A DNA stretch of 64,000 nucleotides from a phage: sequence record PZ445521.1. The stretch is one strand, 5' to 3'. A program made the translations under genes and the position numbers. Within the stretch, counting starts at the first letter, position 1; each line of letters starts with the position of its first letter. Below, piece by piece: positions 12,323-22,900 of this stretch. The notes under the pieces were generated by a model that worked only from the letters and a program-made list of their open reading frames with translations, was not told where the DNA came from and did no database searches.

Positions 12323-13179
12323 ATTGCCATTTTCCCTTTAATTGCTGGATGCGATTCATAATTTTCAAGGATAAAATCTTTCGGTTTCATGTATTCAGTT
12401 AACCAGTAAAGCTGTGTTTCGGTGTCACAATTTCCAAACTCTATAGGCCAATCAATTTTAAGTTCACATAGTTCTTTAGGCTCACGACGTAAAATTTCTT
12501 TACATTGCTCAGTATGATTCATATAGATGTGAGTATTACCACCAGAAAATATCAAATCTCCTGGGATAAGATTACACATCTTAGCCACAATATGCGTCAA
12601 GGCAGCGTACGAGGCAATGTTGAATGGCAATCCCAAGAAAACATCTACACTTCTTTGGTACCATTGTAAATCAAGATAACCATTACGCACATTAAACTGA
12701 TAGAACATATGACAGGGCGGTAATGCCATTTGATTGATTTCAGCTGGATTCCATGCTGAAACGATTTGACGTCGATCAGTTGGTAATTTTTTAATACGAT
12801 CAATAGTTTCAACTAATTGATCCACACCACCGAAATCACGCCATTGTTTACCGTATATAGGACCAAGTTCACCACTATGATATCCTAGGTCTTTAGCCTG
12901 GTTTTCATAGTTATCGTCCCAAATAGTTTTGCCTTGAATAAGACTACCATGAGTGCGAAGACGTAAATCATTAACATTGGTAGAACCGGAAATAAACCAT
13001 AAAAGCTCAGCAATGCATGCATTCCAGGCGAGCTTCTTAGTTGTTACTGCAGGAAAACCTTTACTTAAATCCCAGCGTAATTTAGTACCGAACAAAGCAA
13101 TTGTTCCTGTGCCCGTTCGGTCATCGGTTTCATAGCCATTTTCAAAAATGTCTTTAATTAAATCTTGGTATTGTTTCAT
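12319..13179 (-). CDS. td: thymidylate synthase, uninterrupted (no intron)
   Basis: 286-aa continuous ORF; PPCH active-site motif; matches T4 Td exon-joined length. Confidence 0.9.
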   Translation of the reverse strand: MKQYQDLIKDIFENGYETDDRTGTGTIALFGTKLRWDLSKGFPAVTTKKLAWNACIAELLWFISGSTNVNDLRLRTHGSLIQGKTIWDDNYENQAKDLGYHSGELGPIYGKQWRDFGGVDQLVETIDRIKKLPTDRRQIVSAWNPAEINQMALPPCHMFYQFNVRNGYLDLQWYQRSVDVFLGLPFNIASYAALTHIVAKMCNLIPGDLIFSGGNTHIYMNHTEQCKEILRREPKELCELKIDWPIEFGNCDTETQLYWLTEYMKPKDFILENYESHPAIKGKMAI

Positions 13180-13224
13180 TTAGTACCTTATATAAATTAT
13201 AATACATTTTATGAAGCTAAATAA

Positions 13225-13572
13225 TCAATACGGTTTAGCATCAAATTTTCTCTCAATTTCAGGCGTGAAATATAATTCTTTACCGCGTTTGGAAAAGCGA
13301 CCAATAATATGATAATTATTCTCATCAAACGTGATATTACCAATATCCATAGCTTTCAACCAAATATCGATATTTCTATCCAACTTTATGTCAAAATTCC
13401 AATACGGAGAACTATTACCGAAAATACTGCAAGCGGATTCAGTAAAACAACTACTATAAATCTTATCTTTAGGAACTACTAATTGATAGACACCTTTAAT
13501 AAACTGAGGACCCTGCCATTTTGGTTGTTTCGTGTCTTTTTCTAATAGAATAGGGTAATAATTAAAATTCAT
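13225..13572 (-). CDS. hypothetical protein inserted between frd and td
   Basis: ORF track, 115 aa; frd and td are adjacent in T4 as I recall. Confidence 0.5.
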   Translation of the reverse strand: MNFNYYPILLEKDTKQPKWQGPQFIKGVYQLVVPKDKIYSSCFTESACSIFGNSSPYWNFDIKLDRNIDIWLKAMDIGNITFDENNYHIIGRFSKRGKELYFTPEIERKFDAKPY

Positions 13573-13591
13573 ATTTCCGCCACGCGTTATT

Positions 13592-14418
<827 letters not shown>

Positions 14419-14429
14419 ATTATCTCCTA

Positions 14430-14762
14430 TTAAAAAGGATCAGGAACATATCCGCTAGCTTTAATCATTTTAATTAACGTTAACATTCCTTTGTTAACTG
14501 CTCGTGAGATTTCATCAAAAACTTCATCACTAAAAAGTTCTAACACGCCCTTCTGAACTTTTAATTTACAGCCAACAATTTCTTCATCGCCTATAGTAAA
14601 TTCATTACCACCAATTCCACCGAAAAACTTAATTACACCAGTTAACTGTCTTCCACGAGAATATGGGTCGTGTGATAAAGTAATATGAGTCACCCCGGGT
14701 ACAGTTTTAAATTGGCAGCGAATATTTACTTGTGAAATTCCAGTTACATGAATGTCAGACAT
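14430..14762 (-). CDS. hypothetical protein (frd-32 cluster)
   Basis: ORF track. Confidence 0.5.
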   Translation of the reverse strand: MSDIHVTGISQVNIRCQFKTVPGVTHITLSHDPYSRGRQLTGVIKFFGGIGGNEFTIGDEEIVGCKLKVQKGVLELFSDEVFDEISRAVNKGMLTLIKMIKASGYVPDPF

Positions 14763-14772
14763 AATATTTTCC

Positions 14773-15015
14773 TCAAATAGACTTTTTCACAATTTTCCAA
14801 TCAGCTTTAAACTGATCGACGTCAGAGTGATAAATCCAAAATCCTGCGCTTTCACCGTCTTCATAAAGCGGACACCCATCACATTCATCTTCCCATCCCA
14901 TGCCACGTAAAAGGTGTTCAGCTTTTTCAACAAGTTCAGAATCTTTACCGATGATATTAAAATACCATTTACCTCTAACTTCCGAATCTTTGATGCTCTG
15001 ACGTTGTAATCTCAT
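14773..15015 (-). CDS. hypothetical protein (frd-32 cluster)
   Basis: ORF track. Confidence 0.5.
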   Translation of the reverse strand: MRLQRQSIKDSEVRGKWYFNIIGKDSELVEKAEHLLRGMGWEDECDGCPLYEDGESAGFWIYHSDVDQFKADWKIVKKSI

Positions 15016-15073
15016 TTTATTCTCCTCAAGTTGATAAGGCTATAGTATCATTACCATAGCCCGTTGTAAACAA

Positions 15074-15334
15074 TTATTTTTGAATTTTATCGAGCCACTT
15101 ACCAGGCTTAATCATTTCTTTAGTAGCCTTTTCCATACTTCTGAACTTGACCAATAGAGGATAGGTATCGACACCCATAACTAAACTGGTTACAAGACTG
15201 TGTTCACCTACAAGCCATAACGAATACGTTTGAATACCGAGCCCGTAATTTCTGTCTTTATGGACCCGTACACCCATCACTTCAAATTTCTCACTAGCTT
15301 TTTCTACCGCATCCAGGAAATCATCTTTAGTCAT
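15074..15334 (-). CDS. hypothetical protein (frd-32 cluster); start trimmed to internal ATG
   Basis: ORF track 15074..15376; internal Met avoids 40-nt overlap. Confidence 0.45.
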   Translation of the reverse strand: MTKDDFLDAVEKASEKFEVMGVRVHKDRNYGLGIQTYSLWLVGEHSLVTSLVMGVDTYPLLVKFRSMEKATKEMIKPGKWLDKIQK

Positions 15335-15335
15335 A

Positions 15336-15716
15336 TTAGGCCTTAAAAGTTTTTCGCAAAAGTTCAATGATTTCATCTACATTGTTTTCATCTACAATGC
15401 AGTGAATTTTTGTTACGCCAGAAACCTTGTCTTTGACTTCATCTTCTTCAGAAGTCGGTTCTTTATACTCACGAAAACAATGAAATTCATCTTCGCAAAT
15501 TTCTAAAAGTCTATCTTTGAGGTAAAAATGCTTTCCATTTGCGCATTCAATGTGTTTTACTGCTTTATATCCATTAGCGACGGAAACTTCTTTAACTTCA
15601 AACCATCCGCCATTATCTCGAATAGCTTTAACGATTGATGAATTAGAACGTGGGCTATAATTAATAAATGTATCAATAAGTCTTGGAACAAGTTCATACT
15701 TTTTGCCAATATACAT
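15336..15716 (-). CDS. hypothetical protein (frd-32 cluster)
   Basis: ORF track, 126 aa. Confidence 0.5.
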   Translation of the reverse strand: MYIGKKYELVPRLIDTFINYSPRSNSSIVKAIRDNGGWFEVKEVSVANGYKAVKHIECANGKHFYLKDRLLEICEDEFHCFREYKEPTSEEDEVKDKVSGVTKIHCIVDENNVDEIIELLRKTFKA

Positions 15717-15760
15717 TATGTTTTCCTCATTTTAACGGGGCTGTAATAGCCCCTTAATAA

Positions 15761-16012
15761 TTATTGTTCAATCAGTCCCATGTAAAATTCTGCGTCTTCA
15801 GAATCCATGCCGTCACAATACTCATTAGCCATAAAGCGGGTGAGGTCTTCAAGAGGACCTTCAATGACAATAGAAAAATTGCAATAATTGGGATCATCGT
15901 GAATACTTGTGATACTAAGCTCAGGATAACGATTACGAATAATTTCTTCAATATATTCAAAATCAACGATGTCAATATCAACTTTAGCCATATTATTTTC
16001 CTCTTTAATCAT
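15761..16012 (-). CDS. hypothetical acidic protein (frd-32 cluster)
   Basis: ORF track; first gene downstream of the promoter at 16035..16064. Confidence 0.5.
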   Translation of the reverse strand: MIKEENNMAKVDIDIVDFEYIEEIIRNRYPELSITSIHDDPNYCNFSIVIEGPLEDLTRFMANEYCDGMDSEDAEFYMGLIEQ

Positions 16013-16034
16013 CAGCAGTATTGCCGATAGTTGT

Positions 16035-16064
16035 ATAGTACCACAGTCCTTGTGGTATGTAAAC
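16035..16064 (-). promoter_or_regulatory. T4-type early promoter (GTTTAC / TACTAT, 18-nt spacer)
   Basis: Minus strand GTTTACataccacaaggactgtggTACTAT; cassette near-identical to 37408..37458. Confidence 0.6.
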
Positions 16065-16086
16065 TGTTTTGTGAAAAAATTTTTGA

Positions 16087-16114
16087 AATAAAAAAGGGGA
16101 CCCTAGAGGTCCCC
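16087..16114 (-). terminator. rho-independent terminator downstream of gene 32
   Basis: ggggacc-ctaga-ggtcccc hairpin preceded by A-run on plus strand (U-run after hairpin on minus transcript). Confidence 0.65.
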
Positions 16115-16136
16115 AATTAATTAGTAATATAATCTA

Positions 16137-17045
16137 TTAAAGGTCATTCAAAAGGTCATCCAGGTCCGTGTCATCAGCACTAGATGAACTACCAGAGCTT
16201 GAGCTCATAAAATCATCTTCAGTTTTTGTATTAAAGTCATCAACATTGAATGCATCCAAATCATCAGCAACTTTATCAGCTTTCTTAGCAGCAGTTGCAG
16301 CAGCACTGCCCATCACAGCAGTTCCCATAACTTGACCGAATTTAGTGCTCAGTTCTTCAAATGATTTGAATTTATCTTTAGAAGTCATTTCAGAAAGATC
16401 AACCATTTGTTCGAACAGTTCTTTCTGGAAAGATTCATCGTCAATGTTTGGAATCGCAGATTGATTCAGGAATTTAGATTCATCGTAGTTACTAAATCCA
16501 GAAACTTGTTTAACTTTCAGTACAAAGTTAGCACCTTCCCACGGACAAGTTACATCAACCGGAGTTTCACCCATTTCAACATCAACTGCAATCATTGCAT
16601 TGATTTTATCCCAGATTTTCTTACCGAAACGGTATTTAAATACTTTACCTTCGTTTTCTGGAGCAGCTGGGTCTTTTACTACAAGAATGTTAGCCCAGTA
16701 AGAAGTTTTACGTTTAACAAGACTGTACTCTTTATTGTCAGTGTTGTACAGATCATTTTTACTGATGTATTGACATACTGGGCAAGAATCGTAATCACCG
16801 TGGGTAGATGAGCATGTTTCGATATACCATTTACCATTTTTCTTGAAACCGTGATTTACAAGAAGTGCGAATGGTGCTTGTTCATCATTTTTAGACGGAA
16901 GAAAACGAATTACTGCTTGACCGTTACCCGCATTGTCGAGTTTCAGTTTCCACTCGCCTTTATCTTCAGAAGAAAAACCACCTTTATTTCCAGCCAGTTT
17001 AGCCATTTGTGCAGCGAGTTCAGCAGTAGATTTACGTTTAAACAT
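16137..17045 (-). CDS. 32: gp32 single-stranded DNA-binding protein
   Basis: 302-aa [53 protein letters not shown]... with acidic Ser/Asp C-tail; matches T4 gp32. Confidence 0.95.
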   Translation of the reverse strand: MFKRKSTAELAAQMAKLAGNKGGFSSEDKGEWKLKLDNAGNGQAVIRFLPSKNDEQAPFALLVNHGFKKNGKWYIETCSSTHGDYDSCPVCQYISKNDLYNTDNKEYSLVKRKTSYWANILVVKDPAAPENEGKVFKYRFGKKIWDKINAMIAVDVEMGETPVDVTCPWEGANFVLKVKQVSGFSNYDESKFLNQSAIPNIDDESFQKELFEQMVDLSEMTSKDKFKSFEELSTKFGQVMGTAVMGSAAATAAKKADKVADDLDAFNVDDFNTKTEDDFMSSSSGSSSSADDTDLDDLLNDL

Positions 17046-17095
17046 TTTTATTTCCTTTTTAATTTAATTAACAGTTGGTGCTATGACACTTTACC

Positions 17096-17728
17096 TCATA
17101 GCTGGCATAATTCGCAATACTCTGGGTCTTCGAGAGGTATCCAACCCGAGTTGAAATACTTTACCATCGATTTAGCAGTTGTATCAGTTATATTTATATT
17201 ACCTTTAACTCTTCGCCATCCAGGAGTTTTACCGTACAGATTAGAGGATAATAATAACACATAATTCTCGTAAGCAATATGAGATAATTTCCAAGACTCT
17301 ATATTAGCTCGTGATGTTTTCCAAGGTCTGAAATCGTCACGGTTCATATAATTAGCCAATCTCATATGCTCTCTAACTTCCGGGTCTTTAGCTGGGTGAG
17401 TTTCACCACTCACACCAAATCCGCCGCCAGCATATACCAGATTAAAATAGTCTGGATTATCTCTGGCATTTACTTCAAGTTGGTATTTTCGCTCTGCTTC
17501 AATAACATCCAAATCATCATCAATTTGAATTATTTTAACGCTCGGTTTTTGAAGCATTACCGCATTTAAAAATCTTTTTTGTTTACACGAACTCCAGTAT
17601 TCCTTTCCGGAAGAGTCATATATTATTCCGTTCTCAAATGAGCAATTTAATTTACTACCGATATAGTAGTATGGCGGAGTCTTATTTTTGACACGGTCTT
17701 CAAATGTAAACCAATATACTATATTCAT
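17096..17728 (-). CDS. putative seg-like GIY-YIG homing endonuclease (T4 segG position)
   Basis: N-terminus NIVYWFTFEDRVKNKTPPYYYIGSK resembles GIY-x(10-12)-YIG; sits between 32 and 59. Confidence 0.4.
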   Translation of the reverse strand: MNIVYWFTFEDRVKNKTPPYYYIGSKLNCSFENGIIYDSSGKEYWSSCKQKRFLNAVMLQKPSVKIIQIDDDLDVIEAERKYQLEVNARDNPDYFNLVYAGGGFGVSGETHPAKDPEVREHMRLANYMNRDDFRPWKTSRANIESWKLSHIAYENYVLLLSSNLYGKTPGWRRVKGNINITDTTAKSMVKYFNSGWIPLEDPEYCELCQL

Positions 17729-17729
17729 A

Positions 17730-18383
17730 TCAATACTTGCAAGATTTCACAGTTTCAATGAAAACACTTTTAGCTTTCTGCGAATCAATATTTAAAATTT
17801 TTCTATAAGCCTTTAACTTTATAGAATAATTATTCCAGACTAAATTATCAGTCTGTTCATCATGTTTATCGATTATATTTAAAAACGAATCAAGCAAGAT
17901 AAACGTCTCAAACGAAATTATATTCGATTGAAGTAGTTTAAAAATATAACTTGATTGAACTTTTGGATTATATTCAAAAATTTCTTTAAAAGCAGAAACT
18001 TCAACTTTTTTACTAAAATAATAAATGTTGCGAATATCTTCTTCAAACTTAAATTTAATTTGCTTTAAGCGTCCGATATATTCACGATAAAACACAAGTG
18101 CATCAGCGTCAGAGATGTCGCCAATCCAAGCATCTTGGTTAGCAACCAAATTACTTATAAAGATTAAAGCAAGTTCCTTTAATTTATATTTTTCTGATAA
18201 CTTCTGAAAAAAATACTTATCCCTTCGCTTTTGATAAGCGGCATCAGACACCCGCATGCACCAATTATACTTAATAACATCATACTTTCCATTCATATGT
18301 TGTTTTATCATTAAGTATAATTTATAAACTGATTTACCATCAATGTATCTTTCACCACCAGCAGGCATGCGGAGTTTAATCAT
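17730..18383 (-). CDS. 59: gp59 helicase loader
   Basis: 217-aa ORF; length and position match T4 gp59. Confidence 0.85.
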   Translation of the reverse strand: MIKLRMPAGGERYIDGKSVYKLYLMIKQHMNGKYDVIKYNWCMRVSDAAYQKRRDKYFFQKLSEKYKLKELALIFISNLVANQDAWIGDISDADALVFYREYIGRLKQIKFKFEEDIRNIYYFSKKVEVSAFKEIFEYNPKVQSSYIFKLLQSNIISFETFILLDSFLNIIDKHDEQTDNLVWNNYSIKLKAYRKILNIDSQKAKSVFIETVKSCKY

Positions 18384-18718
18384 AGCAGAAAATCTAATGT
18401 ATTAGTTTTTTCACAACGAACAACAGAAGGACGTAAAAGATTTTCGTCAATAGCTTCCGACTGAATTTTTTCAATTATACCCGAAGGAATAAATTTAGCA
18501 AATTGAGTTTCAGGAATAGAGTTTTCTTCCAAGAATGCTGTCGTAGCTTCAAGATAACTCATTCCAAACTCTTCTACCATTTTTTCAATAATAAATCCAT
18601 TTTCTTGACGATCAAGAAGCTTTGCTATTTCATCCTTTTCTTTCTTGATTGAAAGTTCTTTTTCTGAAAGACCGGTCTCATCGACCGGGCGAATATCATT
18701 TAGAGAAAACTGTGTCAT
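18380..18718 (-). CDS. 33: gp33 late-transcription co-activator
   Basis: 112 aa from MTQFSLNDIRPVDETGLSEKE..; track ORF has 3-codon upstream extension. Confidence 0.85.
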   Translation of the reverse strand: MTQFSLNDIRPVDETGLSEKELSIKKEKDEIAKLLDRQENGFIIEKMVEEFGMSYLEATTAFLEENSIPETQFAKFIPSGIIEKIQSEAIDENLLRPSVVRCEKTNTLDFLL

Positions 18719-18965
18719 AAAGTTCAACTACCTCTTCAGTTTCAGCTTCAAACACATCACGGTTATCTTTATGATACAAAGCTAATAGACGATTAAACAT
18801 CTTACCATCAACGCCAAGTTCATCTTTGGCACGAATTCGAATATCTTTAATCAGTTCATTATAACCGGAAATTTTCAGTTTATGATCAGATGCTTCTTTA
18901 ATAAATTTAGCCAAGTCTTCGCCATGGATAGCTTCATCAAATTCAACCATTTCTTTTTTAGCCAT
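18696..18965 (-). CDS. dsbA: DsbA double-stranded DNA-binding protein (late transcription enhancer)
   Basis: 89-aa ORF between rnh and 33. Confidence 0.8.
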   Translation of the reverse strand: MAKKEMVEFDEAIHGEDLAKFIKEASDHKLKISGYNELIKDIRIRAKDELGVDGKMFNRLLALYHKDNRDVFEAETEEVVELYDTVFSK

Positions 18966-18973
18966 TATTCACC

Positions 18974-19891
18974 TCAAAATTCATTAATGCTATTAGTTAA
19001 TTTAGAAAGACCCGCTTTTACAAAATATGAATAAATTTTGCCACGCGGTGGTAATTTATATGAATTATAGTAATTCACAATGTTTGAAGCAATATTATCA
19101 GGAATATAATCAAAATCAATTAGAACTAAATTTTCTTTATATCGATTATATTCAGATTCAGTGAGAAGCACCTTAGCTTGCTCGCGGTCATTAGCAATAG
19201 CTTCAACAATAGAGGTTTTCATTGAAGGAGTTCGTTCACCTTCAACTCTGGTAAACCAAAAGTCAGATCGTACTTTAACTGAAGCAACGTTATCCTTTTT
19301 GTCACCTTTAAGGATTTTAGTCATACAGTCAATTTCAGCAGAACCGCTTTTAATTTTAACCCATTTCTTGTGCATCGGTGACCATTGCTTAACATTTGGG
19401 TATTTATGGAGTTGAGTAAAGTCACCATCCGATGAAATGATTAAAATCTTATGTCCTTCTAAAGAGAACTTTTTAACAAGAACAGCAATATGGTCATCTG
19501 CTTCATACTTATCAATATCCATAACAATGTATGGCATATAAGCTTTCAATTCATCTATAACTTTATGACTGGATTCAAAATAACCTTCCCAGTCCCAAGT
19601 AGATTCTTCTCGTGCTTTTCCACGGTTTTTCTTATAATAATAAGCAAAATCACGACGCCAATATCCAGATTTCGCGTTATCAATACACAGTACAATTTTA
19701 GTGTATCCAAGAGCTTTTGCTTTTTTGACATTAAACTTAATTGAGTTCAATATCAAATGACGAACCATTGATAAATTAATTTTTTCTTTATCTGGAAAGT
19801 TTACCAAAGCAGTTGAAAGCGCAATTTGACTAAAGTCAATTAAGCAGATTCCTTCTTTGTAATCTTTATCCAGCATCATTTCTAAATCCAT
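18974..19891 (-). CDS. rnh: RNase H (5'-3' exonuclease, FEN family)
   Basis: 305 aa from MDLEMMLDKDYKEGICLIDFSQIA..; matches T4 RNase H. Confidence 0.9.
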   Translation of the reverse strand: MDLEMMLDKDYKEGICLIDFSQIALSTALVNFPDKEKINLSMVRHLILNSIKFNVKKAKALGYTKIVLCIDNAKSGYWRRDFAYYYKKNRGKAREESTWDWEGYFESSHKVIDELKAYMPYIVMDIDKYEADDHIAVLVKKFSLEGHKILIISSDGDFTQLHKYPNVKQWSPMHKKWVKIKSGSAEIDCMTKILKGDKKDNVASVKVRSDFWFTRVEGERTPSMKTSIVEAIANDREQAKVLLTESEYNRYKENLVLIDFDYIPDNIASNIVNYYNSYKLPPRGKIYSYFVKAGLSKLTNSINEF

Positions 19892-19953
19892 ATGAACCTC
19901 GTTCAATTAGTGAGATTTCTATTATATACCATCCGAATCTTAAAGTAAACAAG

Positions 19954-19961
19954 TATAAATA
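19954..19961 (+). promoter_or_regulatory. late promoter TATAAATA for gene 34
   Basis: Exact TATAAATA 35 nt upstream of gene 34 ATG. Confidence 0.7.
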
Positions 19962-19995
19962 CTTATTATTGAAAACACAATAGGAGCCCGGGAGA

Positions 19996-22900
19996 ATGGC
20001 CGAGATTAAAAGAAAGTTCAGAGCAGAAGATGGTCTGGACGCAGGTGGCGATAAAATAATCAACGTAGCTTTAGCTGATCGTACCGTAGGAACTGACGGT
20101 GTTAACGTTGATTACTTAATTCAAGAAAACACAGTTCAACAATATGATCCAACTCGTGGATATTTAAAAGATTTTGTAATCATTTATGATAACCGCTTTT
20201 GGGCTGCTATAAATGATATTCCAAAACCAGCAGGAGCTTTTAATAGCGGACGCTGGAGAGCATTACGTACAGATGCTAACTGGATTACGGTTTCATCTGG
20301 TTCATATCAATTAAAATCTGGTGAAGCAATTTCGGTTAACACTGCAGCTGGAAATGACATTACGTTTACTTTACCATCTTCTCCAATTGATGGCGATACT
20401 ATCGTTCTCCAAGATATTGGAGGAAAACCTGGAGTTAACCAAGTTTTAATTGTAGCTCCAGTGCAAAGTATTGTAAACTTTAGAGGTGAACAGGTACGTT
20501 CAGTACTAATGACTCATCCAAAGTCACAGCTAGTTTTAATTTTTAGTAATCGTCTGTGGCAAATGTATGTTGCTGATTATAGTAGAGAAGCTGTAATTGT
20601 AACACCAGCGAATACTTATCAAGCGCAATCAAATGATTTTATCGTACGTAGATTTACTTCTGCTGCACCAATTAATGTTAAACTTCCAAGATTTGCTAAT
20701 CATGGCGATATTATTAATTTCGTTGATTTAGATAAACTGAATCCACTTTATCATACAATTGTTACTACATACGATGAAACGACTTCAGTACAAGAAGTTG
20801 GAACTCATTCCATTGAAGGCCGTACATCGATTGACGGTTTCTTGATGTTTGATGATAATGAGAAATTGTGGAGATTGTTTGACGGGGATAGTAAAGCACG
20901 TTTACGCATTATAACGACTAATTCTAATATTCGTCCAAACGAAGAAGTTATGGTATTTGGTGCGAATAACGGAACAACTCAAACAATTGAGCTTCAGCTT
21001 CCAACTAATATTTCTGTTGGTGATACTGTTAAAATTTCCATGAATTACATGAGAAAAGGACAAACAGTTAAAATCAAAGCTGCCGGTGAAGATAAAATTG
21101 CTTCTTCAGTTCAATTGCTGCAATTCCCAAAACGTTCAGAATATCCGCCTGAAACTAAATGGGTAACTGTTCAAGAATTAGTTTTTAACGGTGAAACTAA
21201 TTATGTTCCAGTTTTACAGCTTGCTTATATAGAAGATTCTGATGGAAAATACTGGGTTGTACAGCAAAACGTTCCAACTGTAGAAAGAGTAGACTCTTTA
21301 AATGATTCTACTAGAGCAAGATTAGGCGTAATTGCTTTAGCTACACAGGCTCAAGCTAACGTCGATTTAGAAAATTCTCCACAAAAAGAATTAGCAATTA
21401 CTCCAGAAACATTAGCTAACCGTACTGCTACAGAAACTCGTAGAGGTATCGCAAGAATAGCAACTACTGCTCAAGTGAATCAGAACACCACATTCTCTTT
21501 TGCAGATGACCTTATCATCACTCCTAAAAAGCTGAATGAAAGAACAGCTACTGAAACTCGCAGAGGTGTTGCTGAAATTGCTACGCAGCAAGAAACTAAT
21601 ACAGGAACCGATGATACTACAATCATCACTCCTAAAAAGCTTCAAGCTCGTCAAGGTTCTGAATCATTATCTGGTATTGTAACTTTTGTATCTACTGCAG
21701 GTGCTACTCCAGCTTCTAGCCGTGAATTAAATGGTACGAATGTTTATAATAAAAACACTAATAATTTAGTTGTTTCACCTAAAGCTTTGGATCAGTATAA
21801 AGCTACTCCAACACAGCAAGGTGCAGTAATTTTAGCAGTTGAAAGTGAAGTAATTGCTGGACAAAGTCAGGAAGGATGGGCAAATGCGGTTGTAACGCCA
21901 GAAACGTTACATAAAAAGACATCAACTGATGCAAGAATTGGTTTAATTGAAATTGCTACGCAAAGTGAAGTTAATACAGGAACTGATTATACTCGTGCAG
22001 TCACTCCTAAAACTTTAAATGACCGTAGAGCAACTGAAAGTTTAAGTGGTATAGCTGAAATTGCTACACAGGTTGAATTCGACGCAGGCGTCGACGATAC
22101 TCGTATCTCTACACCATTAAAAATTAAAACCAGATTTAATAGTACTGATCGTACTTCTGTTGTTGCTCTATCTGGATTAGTTGAATCAGGAACTCTCTGG
22201 GACCATTATACCCTTAATATTCTTGAAGCAAATGAGACACAGCGTGGTACACTTCGTGTAGCTACACAGGTCGAAGCTGCTGCAGGAACATTAGATAATG
22301 TTTTAATAACTCCTAAAAAGCTTTTAGGTACTAAATCTACCGAATCGCAAGAAGGTGTTATTAAAGTTGCAACTCAGTCTGAAACTGTAGCTGGAACGTC
22401 AGCAAATACTGCTGTATCTCCAAAAAATTTAAAATGGATTGCGCAGAGTGAACCAACTTGGGCAGCTACTACTGCGATAAGGGGCTTTGTTAAAACTTCA
22501 TCTGGTTCAATTACATTCGTTGGTAATGATACAGTCGGTTCTACCCAAGATTTAGAACTGTATGAGAAAAATAGCTATGCGGTATCACCATATGAATTAA
22601 ACCGTGTATTAGCAAATTATTTACCGTTAAAAGCAAAAGCTGCTGATACAAATTTATTGGATGGTCTAGATTCATCTCAGTTCATTCGTAGGGATATTGC
22701 ACAGACGGTTAATGGTTCACTAACCTTAACCCAACAAACGAATCTGAGTGCCCCTCTTGTATCATCTAGTACTGCTACGTTTGGTGGTTCAGTTTCGGCA
22801 AATAGTACATTAACTATTTCTAATACTGGAACTGCAACTCGTCTGATTTTTGAGAAAGGACCTCAAACTGGAACTAACCCAGCACAGACGATGACTATTA

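Noticed and set aside
21412-21654. Minus-strand ORFs inside the tail-fiber genes (also 25683..25913, 27664..27897, 28071..28325, 29773..30208)
   Set aside because: Antisense to gp34/gp37/gp38, Ser/Cys-rich off-frame translations
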